Below the pieces are notes generated by a model, which was not told the DNA's origin, did not search any database, and worked only from the letters and a program-made list of their open reading frames with translations. Made by a program: the position numbers and the translations under genes. Source: an uncultured Candidatus Saccharibacteria bacterium (GTDB taxonomy: Bacteria; Patescibacteriota; Minisyncoccia; Phycocordibacterales; UBA2100). From it: 64,000 bases of DNA. Shown here one piece after another: positions 18,733-27,210 of the stretch; position 1 is the stretch's first letter; each line of letters opens with the position of its first letter. The stretch lies in contig CAZYLZ010000004.1 in the NCBI GenBank assembly GCA_964648335.1, forward strand, positions 6,189 to 70,188. The letters are read 5' to 3'.

Positions 18733-18948
18733 CTAGCGGATGCCAGACGAATGGTTGCCGATTTCGCCGTAGACGGCACAGGCTGCTTGGCGCAATGCCA
18801 TGCGCGCACGGGCGTCACGTTCCTTCTGTCGGTCGACTGCATCTGAATACTGCAGTTTACGGGCCAGAAAGTCGTCGTGCGATTCGCCATCAAGCCTCGT
18901 GGGCTCGACGAGCACGACGTCGGAACCATCTTCCGAACAGGTATTCAT
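18733..18948 (-). CDS. Hypothetical small acidic protein (71 aa; alternative longer start at 19068).
   Basis: ATG at 18948 preceded by aaggggaa. No homology recognised. Overlaps the trmD 3' end only in its longer form. Confidence 0.25.
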   Translation of the reverse strand: MNTCSEDGSDVVLVEPTRLDGESHDDFLARKLQYSDAVDRQKERDARARMALRQAACAVYGEIGNHSSGIR

Positions 18949-19027
18949 ACAAAATTCCCCTTCTTGCTGAGTTGTTGCCAGCCCGACGCCGACAACACCA
19001 GAACCGTACTCCTCCCCCGCGGGAGTG

Positions 19028-19756
19028 TCAATTCTGTTGTCCCCGTTTCCAGGCCTCGATCTCGGCATGATTGCCGCCCAAGAGTACTTTTGGCACCCTG
19101 TGGTTCTTTCCTTTCCACTTCAAGACCTCGGGGCGTGTATACACGTCGGGGCTTGCCGTGCGTTCCTCTTCCAAAGACTCATACTTACCCAAGACTCCCG
19201 GAATCTGCCGAACAACCGCATCAATAACGGTTGCTGCTGGCAACTCGCCGCCGGTAAGGACATAGGGGCCGACAGTGATCGCGTCTGCTTTGAGTATCTT
19301 TGCGACACGCGCGTCCACGCCTTCGTAGTGACCACAAATCATGAGTATGTTTTTCTTTTTCGACAGATCTCGGGCCATCTTGGCGTCGAATTGCTTACCG
19401 CTCGGAGAAAAGAAGAGCACGGTAGCGCCACGCGTACCTTTAAGAGCGGCGGCCGCCGCTTTAAGCATGCTTTCAGGTTCCATCACCATGCCAGGCCCGC
19501 CACCGTATGGCCTGCGATCTACCCTGCTTCGCAAATGCTTCGCAGGACGAGCGTTCACGATATCAACTTTCTTGTTTGCCTCTTGGGTATCGGTCACGAA
19601 ATCGCGTGGATTGTAGTACGAGATTTTGACCAACGCTTTGCGTCCCGGTTTTCTGCCATGCGGTTCGATATCCTTTTGCGAACGGCCGAGCATCGACGCG
19701 TCGAGGTACGGCTTGATGGACTCGGGAAACAGCGAAAGTATGTGGAAATGCAACAT
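19028..19756 (-). CDS. trmD: tRNA (guanine37-N1)-methyltransferase TrmD.
   Basis: MLHFHILSLFPESIKPYLDASMLGRS...; SPOUT-fold motifs (ILMICGHYEGVDARV). Sits downstream of rpsP and a KH protein in the usual rpsP-KH-(rimM)-trmD neighbourhood. rimM is not present. Confidence 0.85.
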   Translation of the reverse strand: MLHFHILSLFPESIKPYLDASMLGRSQKDIEPHGRKPGRKALVKISYYNPRDFVTDTQEANKKVDIVNARPAKHLRSRVDRRPYGGGPGMVMEPESMLKAAAAALKGTRGATVLFFSPSGKQFDAKMARDLSKKKNILMICGHYEGVDARVAKILKADAITVGPYVLTGGELPAATVIDAVVRQIPGVLGKYESLEEERTASPDVYTRPEVLKWKGKNHRVPKVLLGGNHAEIEAWKRGQQN

Positions 19757-19758
19757 AG

Positions 19759-19787
19759 TTGACACTATACAATAAACGACGTAATAT
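19759..19787 (+). promoter_or_regulatory. Consensus sigma70-like promoter (TTGACA, 17 nt, TAATAT).
   Basis: ttgaca at 19759-19764 and taatat at 19782-19787, placed to drive the 19814 ORF. Confidence 0.5.
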
Positions 19788-19813
19788 ATCAACTGGTAAC
19801 AACGGAGACTCCG

Positions 19814-20200
19814 ATGACTGCGAATTCAAAAAAACGCGCTATGGTACTCAAGCTACCGGCTGCACAATTTTTTAGCACGCCGTTCATACTCGAGTCGTCA
19901 CCGAGTGACTGCGCCACTGCCACCGCGAAACGCATCGCCAAAGCGTTCCTGAACACGTTTGTCCTGCGGGATGAACGTATGACTGTGGCAGAAGTGCTTG
20001 AGCAGACAGCCAGTAACAGAGGTGTGAAAACGACGCTGCTCTCGGCAATCGGTACCCCGGAATCTACCGCCCGGGCTGTATTCGCGAAGTTCTGCGAAAA
20101 GTTCGAGCTGCACGAGCTCTGCGACAACCAACCCGCCAAGATGTACGAAACCGGTTACGCGCTCTCTGCGGAAGCGAAGGCCGTTCTGGCTGAGAACTGA
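19814..20200 (+). CDS. Hypothetical protein (128 aa).
   Basis: RBS ggagac, consensus promoter upstream, strong terminator directly downstream. It lies on the opposite strand between KH and trmD, where rimM usually sits. Confidence 0.5.
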   Translation: MTANSKKRAMVLKLPAAQFFSTPFILESSPSDCATATAKRIAKAFLNTFVLRDERMTVAEVLEQTASNRGVKTTLLSAIGTPESTARAVFAKFCEKFELHELCDNQPAKMYETGYALSAEAKAVLAEN

Positions 20201-20209
20201 ACAATACGC

Positions 20210-20247
20210 AATCAGCCGCGACATTGTCGCGGCTGATTTCTTTTTTA
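20210..20247 (+). terminator. Rho-independent terminator.
   Basis: aatcagccgcgac-attg-tcgcggctgatt + TCTTTTTTAT. Confidence 0.7.
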
Positions 20248-20258
20248 TGTAAGAAAAA

Positions 20259-20588
20259 TTAGGACTCGAGATCTGCCAAGGCTTCGTCGACGGACTTCTC
20301 GCGAGGGGCCGATGTGCCGCCGGTTGCACCATCGCGCATACCGCCTTCGGGTTCGTTGATCTTGAGGTTGACGCGAGCGTCGTACTTCATGCCGACGACG
20401 CGAAGTACCGTGCGGATTGCCTTAGCTGTCTGTCCTGCACGTCCTATCACCTTCCCCATGTCGTCGCGATGTACCGTAAGGGTAAGGAGCACGCCCATCT
20501 CGTCGACGGTTCGCACTATCTTGATGTCGGCCGGATGGTCGACCAAAGCCTTGATTACGTATTCGAGAAATATCTGATCTTGTTCCAT
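20259..20588 (-). CDS. KH-domain RNA-binding protein (YlqC/UPF0109-like) with a short C-terminal tail.
   Basis: VIKALVDHPADIKIV...MGKVIGRAGQTAKAIRTVL KH-like GXXG core. Conserved position between rpsP and trmD. Confidence 0.7.
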   Translation of the reverse strand: MEQDQIFLEYVIKALVDHPADIKIVRTVDEMGVLLTLTVHRDDMGKVIGRAGQTAKAIRTVLRVVGMKYDARVNLKINEPEGGMRDGATGGTSAPREKSVDEALADLES

Positions 20589-20739
20589 GGCGGTATACGT
20601 TAATTCTTAAATCCTAAAGACTTTTCGGTCAAAAAAGCATGTCCGCGCATGTGATGCGCGCATGAACGTAATGCTACACGAGAACCGCAGAAATCCTGCG
20701 GACTTTTCCACATGATACTGCAAAGAGGAGTCGAGCGAG

Positions 20740-21102
20740 TTACGCTCCGGGCGCGTCGGCGACAACTGGTGTCTCCTCTGCCGCTGCAATTGGGGCTGCT
20801 GCAGGTGCTGCAACCTCTTCCTTCTTAGGAGCACTTTTCTGAGGAAGAACGTTGACCTTCTTCCCCTTAATGATACCTGCCGAGATGAGCATGTTATGAA
20901 CCGTCGGAGATGGCTGAGCGCCCATTTTTATCCAGTGCTGGATGCGGTCTGCCTTGAGATTGCGCTGCTTGGTTATAGGGTCGTACGTGCCGACCATGTC
21001 GACATTGGTACCCGCCTTAGGGCTTGCTGTATGCTCGCACACCACGATTCGATACGAAGGATCGTTGGTGCGGCCGCCGCGTTGCATGCGTATCTTCAAC
21101 AT
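20740..21102 (-). CDS. rpsP: 30S ribosomal protein S16 with a Lys/Ala/Pro-rich C-terminal extension.
   Basis: MLKIRMQRGGRTNDPSYRIVVCEHTASPKAGTNVDMVGTYDP matches the S16 N-terminus. The ORF-track start at 21120 is probably an upstream artefact. Confidence 0.85.
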   Translation of the reverse strand: MLKIRMQRGGRTNDPSYRIVVCEHTASPKAGTNVDMVGTYDPITKQRNLKADRIQHWIKMGAQPSPTVHNMLISAGIIKGKKVNVLPQKSAPKKEEVAAPAAAPIAAAEETPVVADAPGA

Positions 21103-21266
21103 AGGGTCAAACTGTAGCAAATAATAAGTATGCGGTCAAATTGCTCGAAATAAGGGTCTAACAACGCCAAGATGTCCGGGTACGGGATACGGGCCAGGAA
21201 TCGGACCGACGGTCGGACAATAGCACGGGATTCCTGCTGTGGCAAACGGGTGGTATACTCCCCTGT

Positions 21267-23177
21267 GTGTTAACTCCAAAGACCTATCGCGGCATCATCG
21301 CCGTCACCCGTCGTGGCACGGGTTTCTTATCAAACCCCGAATTCACTGAAGACGTGCTCATCGAGCGCGAGTCTCTTAACTGTGCCTTAAATGGCGACGA
21401 GGTCGAGATAACCTTGGGCAAGAAGGTACGCGGGCGCCAGACCGGCCAGGTGACGGAGGTCCTCATCCGCGCCCAGACCGAGTTCGTCGGCGTCATGTCG
21501 AAGGTCGACAGCACGCTCGTGCTCGTTCCCGACGACCAGCGCTGCTACGTAAAATTCCGTCTCTCGGACCCCAAAGACGCACAAATTGGCGACAAGGCAA
21601 TTGTCAGGCTCTCTCGCTGGAACAATGCCCGCCTCGACCCTATTGCAGACTTGGTAGAGGTCTTGGGCAAGGCCGGCGAACACGAGGCCGAGACCCGCGC
21701 TACCGTCATCGTCCACGGCTTCAAGACCGAATTCCCTGCCGACGTGCTGAGAGAAGCAGAAGAGCTTCATAAAAACCGTGCAATAACCGACGCCGAAGTT
21801 GCGCTGCGCCGCGACATCCGCGATGTCGTCACCTTCACCATCGACCCGGACGACGCGAAAGACTTCGACGACGCGCTTTCAGTAAAAAAGATTTCTGACG
21901 ATCGATACGAGATCGGCGTGCACATCGCCGACGTGACGCACTACGTACGCCCCGGCATGGCGCTCGACGCCGAAGCGAAGAAGCGTGGCACCTCGGTATA
22001 CCTGGTAGACCGTACTATCCCCATGCTTCCCGAAGTACTATCGAACGACATCTGCTCGCTTCGTCCCAACGAAGATCGACTCACCTTTAGCGCGATGTTC
22101 GTGGTAGATGCAAGCGCGCGCATTCACGAGCGCTGGTTTGGCCGCACCGCCATCAACTCGAACAAGCGATTCACCTACAAAACAGCGCAGGATAATCTCG
22201 ACGCCAACTCCGGCGAGCACATCGAAGAGCTTACTGTGCTGCGTGACCTCGCGCGTCTCATGCGGCGCGAGCGCGAAAACTCGGGAGCAATATCCTTCGA
22301 AACAGACGAGGTCAAGATTGCGCTCGACGACAAGGGCAAGCCGGTGAAGGTGTACGTGAAGGAGCGGCTCGAAACAATGAAGATGATCGAGGACTGGATG
22401 CTCCAAGCAAATCGCGAAGTACCTGACTACATAAAGAGCCTATCGCCCAAAGACGCCGAGCTACCCTTCATCTACCGTATCCACGACACGCCCGCGGACG
22501 ATCGTATCGAGGACCTGCGCATATTCTTAAAGGCCGTCGGCTATGAACTCGGAAAAGCAGGATCGAAGATCGCACCCGGAGACATCAACAAGCTCCTCGC
22601 TGCAGCGAAAGGATCGCCCGAAGAGACCGTCGTGCAGATGGCGACCCTGCGTTCGATGGCCAAGGCGATCTACAGCCACGCAAACATCGGACACTTCTCG
22701 CTCGGGTTCGAGAACTACACACATTTCACCTCGCCTATCCGTCGTTACCCCGACATGCTCGCGCACCGATTGCTCGCATCGCATATCAAAGGAAAACCCA
22801 TATCGAAAGAAGAGCTCGAAAGCTACCGTCGCGCCTGTGTCACCAGTTCCGAGCGCGAGGTGGCTGCTGCCGAGGCTGAACGCGAGTCAATAAAGTACAA
22901 GCAGATCGAGTTCTTGGAGAACCGCATCGGGCAGACGTTCGAAGGAACAATCACCGGAGTCGCCGAGCACGGCATCTACGTTGCCGAAAAGGAGTCGCGC
23001 GCCGAAGGACTCTTGCGCGTCGCAAACCTCAAAGACGACTACTACAGTTTTGACAAGAAGCACTATGCGCTCGTGGGCCAGCGCAACAAAAAATCATATC
23101 GCTTGGGCGATGCCATCACCGTCAAGTTGTATGCTGCGGACCCGCTCCATCGTCAGATCGACTGGATGCTCGCATAG
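21267..23177 (+). CDS. rnr: Ribonuclease R / RNase II-family 3'-5' exoribonuclease (RNB domain + C-terminal S1).
   Basis: RNB catalytic region (TIDPDDAKDFDDALSV, ...FSLGFENYTHFTSPIRRYPDMLAHR...), N-terminal cold-shock-like OB and C-terminal S1-like region. GTG start. Confidence 0.85.
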   Translation: MLTPKTYRGIIAVTRRGTGFLSNPEFTEDVLIERESLNCALNGDEVEITLGKKVRGRQTGQVTEVLIRAQTEFVGVMSKVDSTLVLVPDDQRCYVKFRLSDPKDAQIGDKAIVRLSRWNNARLDPIADLVEVLGKAGEHEAETRATVIVHGFKTEFPADVLREAEELHKNRAITDAEVALRRDIRDVVTFTIDPDDAKDFDDALSVKKISDDRYEIGVHIADVTHYVRPGMALDAEAKKRGTSVYLVDRTIPMLPEVLSNDICSLRPNEDRLTFSAMFVVDASARIHERWFGRTAINSNKRFTYKTAQDNLDANSGEHIEELTVLRDLARLMRRERENSGAISFETDEVKIALDDKGKPVKVYVKERLETMKMIEDWMLQANREVPDYIKSLSPKDAELPFIYRIHDTPADDRIEDLRIFLKAVGYELGKAGSKIAPGDINKLLAAAKGSPEETVVQMATLRSMAKAIYSHANIGHFSLGFENYTHFTSPIRRYPDMLAHRLLASHIKGKPISKEELESYRRACVTSSEREVAAAEAERESIKYKQIEFLENRIGQTFEGTITGVAEHGIYVAEKESRAEGLLRVANLKDDYYSFDKKHYALVGQRNKKSYRLGDAITVKLYAADPLHRQIDWMLA

Positions 23178-23247
23178 AGACTCTCCGCGATTGGTGCATT
23201 CCGGCATTGCGACCTTGAGGCGCATCCGGTTTCTGAGATCACACGTA

Positions 23248-24156
23248 CTAGCGAGTCTTTGTCTTCTTTTTCGAAGCCGCTTTCTTCTGAGAAATCGGCG
23301 CTACTGCTGCGACAGCATCGCTGCCGTAGACGCCACGAAGGAGGTCGAGATCTTTTCCTGTTGATGTAAGCAGATGGATATTCTTCTTTTCCATCGCCTT
23401 TAAGACGTCGATGCCTATCGCATCGTCCTTGCAGTACATCTCGTAATGACCTCGGAGCGCCGCCATGTCTTTTATAAAGCAGACGCCACCGGCACCCCGT
23501 CCGCCCTGGTCTACTGGGCGTGTGTATTCGGGCCCGTTCTCGGGGTCTGCGGCGATAGCCTGGCGTATCGGGTCCCAGTTGGCGTCGAAGGTGCTCGCGA
23601 GGTCGTGCAGTATGTTGTAGAAGATGATTCTAAAGTACCCGACACCGTTGCGCGCATACTTTATGAGCTCGGCCTCGGTCGAATCGCACACCAAATCGAA
23701 CGATGCCTTGGGCAAGAGCTTGATGATTGCTGCTGCTGCCTTGCGCTGCGCCGGCGTGTCCTTGGTTATACCGACGATGTTGCGCTTAGGATTCGCGGCG
23801 TCGTACGCGGCAGTGCGCGCATTAAGGAATTCTGGGCTGTGAAGCACCGAAATCTTGGGAAATGCTTTCTGCAGATTCTTGGTCGTGCCGGGTAATAGGG
23901 TCGACTTGACGACGGCGGTCTTGCCGGTGCCCACGAGCCGCAGCGCGCCTTCGACGATACTCATGTCGAACTCGCCGTTTTTGGTAGGCGTCGGCACCGC
24001 AATAAAGACGTAATCGCACTTCGATATCTTGTCCTTGTTCTTTACGTACGCGGGCTCGAGCGAGTAACGCACCACCTCGTAGCCGCGCGACTCGAAGTCG
24101 TCGGCGTAGGACTTTCCTATGAACCCCTGCCCTATAAAACCTATGGTTACGCTCAT
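23248..24156 (-). CDS. Nucleotide-sugar (UDP-glucose/GDP-mannose) 6-dehydrogenase family protein, short form.
   Basis: N-terminal Rossmann GFIGQGFIGKS; SPEFLNARTAAYDAANPKRNIVG (EFL motif); catalytic GGxCFxKD-like GGVCFIKD. Confidence 0.6.
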   Translation of the reverse strand: MSVTIGFIGQGFIGKSYADDFESRGYEVVRYSLEPAYVKNKDKISKCDYVFIAVPTPTKNGEFDMSIVEGALRLVGTGKTAVVKSTLLPGTTKNLQKAFPKISVLHSPEFLNARTAAYDAANPKRNIVGITKDTPAQRKAAAAIIKLLPKASFDLVCDSTEAELIKYARNGVGYFRIIFYNILHDLASTFDANWDPIRQAIAADPENGPEYTRPVDQGGRGAGGVCFIKDMAALRGHYEMYCKDDAIGIDVLKAMEKKNIHLLTSTGKDLDLLRGVYGSDAVAAVAPISQKKAASKKKTKTR

Positions 24157-24335
24157 AAAATCCATCCTACCAGAATAAAAAAACCATGCACGCACTGCCC
24201 CTCACCCCCTCATGTTACGAGGTTTTGAAAGTATTGATGCTTAGTACCAAAGACAGCACTAGATCAGGCATGGAAAGGCGCCAACGATGCCGGTGTTCTG
24301 TTTTGTTATAATCGGATAAGACAAAGGAGGAAGCG

Positions 24336-24599
24336 ATGACACCAGAACAAAAGACTGCGAGAGACAACTGCATCAGGCATGCGGCGTCCGTTCAGGTAAC
24401 AGTTGATTTTAGGATGGACGGGGTCACCTGTATCGCCTATTTCCATAGCGGCGGCCCAGCCCAGCTCTACGAGCTAATCTCGCCCGAAGGATTCTCGATT
24501 GAGCTCGATCCGAACCAAGGCATTACGCGTGACATGATAGATCGCCTCGAAGATCTGCGTATCCACGGTAAGGAACCAGTCGTTTCCTCGTCGGCATGA
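24336..24599 (+). CDS. Hypothetical protein (87 aa).
   Basis: Strong RBS (aaaggaggaagcgATG); hairpin downstream. Confidence 0.5.
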   Translation: MTPEQKTARDNCIRHAASVQVTVDFRMDGVTCIAYFHSGGPAQLYELISPEGFSIELDPNQGITRDMIDRLEDLRIHGKEPVVSSSA

Positions 24600-24618
24600 C
24601 TCCTCGTTACCGCAAACA

Positions 24619-24656
24619 ACCCCGGTAAGGCCATCTTCGGCACTTATCCGGGGTTC
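24619..24656. terminator. Hairpin between convergent genes (aaccccgg ... ccggggtt).
   Basis: 8-bp GC stem with a large loop, followed by cgttcgttc. Weak T-tract. Confidence 0.35.
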
Positions 24657-24662
24657 GTTCGT

Positions 24663-26375
24663 TCATGCGACCGGGTCCAACGAGAACCCGCCCGAGATCT
24701 GCTTGAACGTTTTCTTCTTTTGGGGCGTATCGGGTGCCGGAACTAATACAACAGGAGATGAATGGTGCTCCGTCGATGGATCAGAATCCTTGCGAACGAT
24801 GTCGCCTATCGTCCCGGCTTTTTCGCCAGAAAATACTGCGCGCAAAAAATGGTTTTTCCAGCTATTCGTCGCCGGATTGTGCGTATGGACCAATGACTGA
24901 CCACTCTCGCTGCCAGCGATCACGATACTAGCCGGGACGCCCGCCTTCGTGACCGTATCGAGCACTTTTTGCGCAAGATCTCCCGATAGACATGCCGAAA
25001 AAACATAGACATCTGGCTGCTTGGGATCGAAGGTCTTGTTCTTTATGCGTCGACGTGTCCGCTCGATTATTGCAGACGCCAGAGCATCGCTCGAAAGTGC
25101 AAACGCAGGATGTAGGGGCCTCAGAGGATCGGTAGACACCGACATCCTTTCAGGAGAACCGTGCATTGCAAAGATTACGCTGAGCGGCGCATCGGATGAT
25201 TTTCGTATGACTTCAAAAATAGCTCCAGGAAAATGCTCGAGGTCGCTTTGCCGCGATGGAGGGCGCAAAACTAAGAATTTCGTGGCGGTGTCGTTGTTTT
25301 TTTTCCAAAGTTCTTCTAGGGATTTTTCTGCCACTCTGTCATCCAAAAAATTGACATTACCTACAGTATCAAAGCCGTACGTCATTATCACATTGCGTTG
25401 CTTCAATATGTCTAAGTCCTCGAACTGATGCCGCAGCGCAACAAGCGACTCGACAGATTCTCTAATCGCTTCAGGAGTGACTGCCATCTTCTTCTTTGCC
25501 AAGTCCGCAGCAACAAGAAGTTTTGCCTGCGCCCATGCCGAGAAATTCCTCATCATATGTTCTTCCGAGAATGATTTTAAGAAAGCATATCGCTCGTAGT
25601 TGAGCGTGTATTTTTCTTGTGAATACTGCTTCCATTTTATCTGAGAAGGTAGGCCCCCCATACTCGGATTCATAAGTGGTTCGTAATCATTCCATACGAC
25701 TGGAGCAGCGGTGTCAGTGATCGGCAACAGTGCCTCGTCGGGAATTTTGAGGGCAATCGTAACCAAAGGATTCTCCCAAAAAGTTTTCCAATTGACCACA
25801 AAGTTATCGATCGTAAAGAAAGCGCCGACACCAAGAGCTGCAGCTTGGTCGTCGAGCGCACGCTCAAGGTTCTTCGCTCTGTTACCTGGTTTGCCACTCT
25901 CTCGCGCAGCGCGCGATTCGTCTAAGATCTTTCCCGTCTCGATTGGGTGCATCGACGACCAATACCGTACAAAGATTGGGTCCACGACGCCGGTCTCTAT
26001 TACGAATGCCGCAACAACCCACGCGTCTTTGTGCGAAGCATAGTGGTCGTAGGCAAGCAGAGCTGCAAGTGGATCCTTTGCGACGGCTGCTGCCAAAAGT
26101 TCCGTCGATTTTGGGTGCTCTCCCCATCGCGCGGCGAAGCGCTCGTAAAAGAGCGGCAAATTACTCGCCAAAGTATCGCGTGCTTCTTTCTCGCTCAGCT
26201 GCACGGGATCCCCCGGAACCTCTGGTGCGCTCGCCGAGGGGCTTTTTGCTAGGAGTGCATCGTCGGGCGATGCGGCGATAGCTTCGACCGGACCGCTCGC
26301 CAAAAGCGCCGCAAGAGCGGCACCCAAGAGCGGATTCTTTTTTGGCACACGGTTCTTTCGTCCCTCGAAGCTCAT
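24663..26375 (-). CDS. Secreted hypothetical protein (570 aa) with an N-terminal signal peptide.
   Basis: MSFEGRKNRVPKKNPLLGAALAALLASGPVEAIAAS signal-like N-terminus. No recognisable catalytic motif. Start overlaps the stop of the upstream gene (operon). Confidence 0.55.
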   Translation of the reverse strand: MSFEGRKNRVPKKNPLLGAALAALLASGPVEAIAASPDDALLAKSPSASAPEVPGDPVQLSEKEARDTLASNLPLFYERFAARWGEHPKSTELLAAAVAKDPLAALLAYDHYASHKDAWVVAAFVIETGVVDPIFVRYWSSMHPIETGKILDESRAARESGKPGNRAKNLERALDDQAAALGVGAFFTIDNFVVNWKTFWENPLVTIALKIPDEALLPITDTAAPVVWNDYEPLMNPSMGGLPSQIKWKQYSQEKYTLNYERYAFLKSFSEEHMMRNFSAWAQAKLLVAADLAKKKMAVTPEAIRESVESLVALRHQFEDLDILKQRNVIMTYGFDTVGNVNFLDDRVAEKSLEELWKKNNDTATKFLVLRPPSRQSDLEHFPGAIFEVIRKSSDAPLSVIFAMHGSPERMSVSTDPLRPLHPAFALSSDALASAIIERTRRRIKNKTFDPKQPDVYVFSACLSGDLAQKVLDTVTKAGVPASIVIAGSESGQSLVHTHNPATNSWKNHFLRAVFSGEKAGTIGDIVRKDSDPSTEHHSSPVVLVPAPDTPQKKKTFKQISGGFSLDPVA

Positions 26376-26376
26376 A

Positions 26377-27210
26377 TCATTTCGCCTGCCAGTAGTGCCG
26401 CCACGAATAGACCGTTTTTCCAGTATTGCTCTTTTGTATCGGAGTATACCGGCTCACATATTCGTGACCTTCGTAAGTAATCACCGCTCCCGAGGGTGCA
26501 TTTGGGTACAGGTCGTCGAGCATAATGTCCAACCTCTCCTCTTCGGTCATAGGAATCTTCCCTGTCTTCTTGAGTGCACGCTCTATGCGCATTTTTTTCT
26601 TGTAGCTGTCTACAAACGGAGCATCGCTACTCTTGTTTGGATTGTTGCTGTTATCACTCATAGTTCCGAATATCTGACCGTCCTTATATCGTTCGTATTC
26701 TTCGAGCGTAAACGATTCGTCGGGCCGTGCCAAAAATTCCTTAAGATTTTGCGCCGATCGTCTCGCTGCCGCTCGTTCAGCTTTGAGTAGCTGTTCGTGT
26801 GCCTCGCGATATTTTGCAGACTGCTCCATACCCTCGAGCACGCGCTCGCGCGAATACTCAAACGTATGTGGTCTCCACTGGTCCTGCAGTTCGGGTGACA
26901 TTTGTAGTTTATGCTTTTCCCATTGCTTAAGACTTACCAGCGCGCTCAGGGTTACCGATCGTTCGTCCCAAGACACCTCGGGTTGCTTCTGTCGTATCCA
27001 TCGAACTGCTTGTTTGGCTTCTTCGAGCGAGATGTTCGATTGTAAATGTTTGTGGTTGATCCGCTGTACTTTGGCAAAGTCGACGATAAACATGCGGGCC
27101 TCTTGTTCGAGCTTGTCTTCGGTAAATTCCGGCGCCGCTTTGGGAATCACTTCTTTCTTGGCTCGCTTAGTGGGCTTTTCGATACCTTTCTTGGACATAC
27201 TATTTTGCAA
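26377..27210 (-). CDS. Hypothetical protein (277 aa); overlaps the smc stop, so likely the same operon.
   Basis: Intact ORF with a basic N-terminus. No motif recognised. Confidence 0.5.
   Translation of the reverse strand: MQNSMSKKGIEKPTKRAKKEVIPKAAPEFTEDKLEQEARMFIVDFAKVQRINHKHLQSNISLEEAKQAVRWIRQKQPEVSWDERSVTLSALVSLKQWEKHKLQMSPELQDQWRPHTFEYSRERVLEGMEQSAKYREAHEQLLKAERAAARRSAQNLKEFLARPDESFTLEEYERYKDGQIFGTMSDNSNNPNKSSDAPFVDSYKKKMRIERALKKTGKIPMTEEERLDIMLDDLYPNAPSGAVITYEGHEYVSRYTPIQKSNTGKTVYSWRHYWQAK

Noticed and set aside
18651-19070. 139-aa Arg-rich + strand ORF overlapping the trmD 3' region
   Set aside because: Extreme Arg/His content and overlap with trmD. It looks like a GC-rich frame artefact.
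19789-20332. Minus-strand ORFs (116 and 144 aa) in the rimM position between KH and trmD
   Set aside because: No RimM-like PRC-barrel or N-terminal motifs. The + strand ORF 19814..20200 has a consensus promoter, RBS and terminator and explains the region better.
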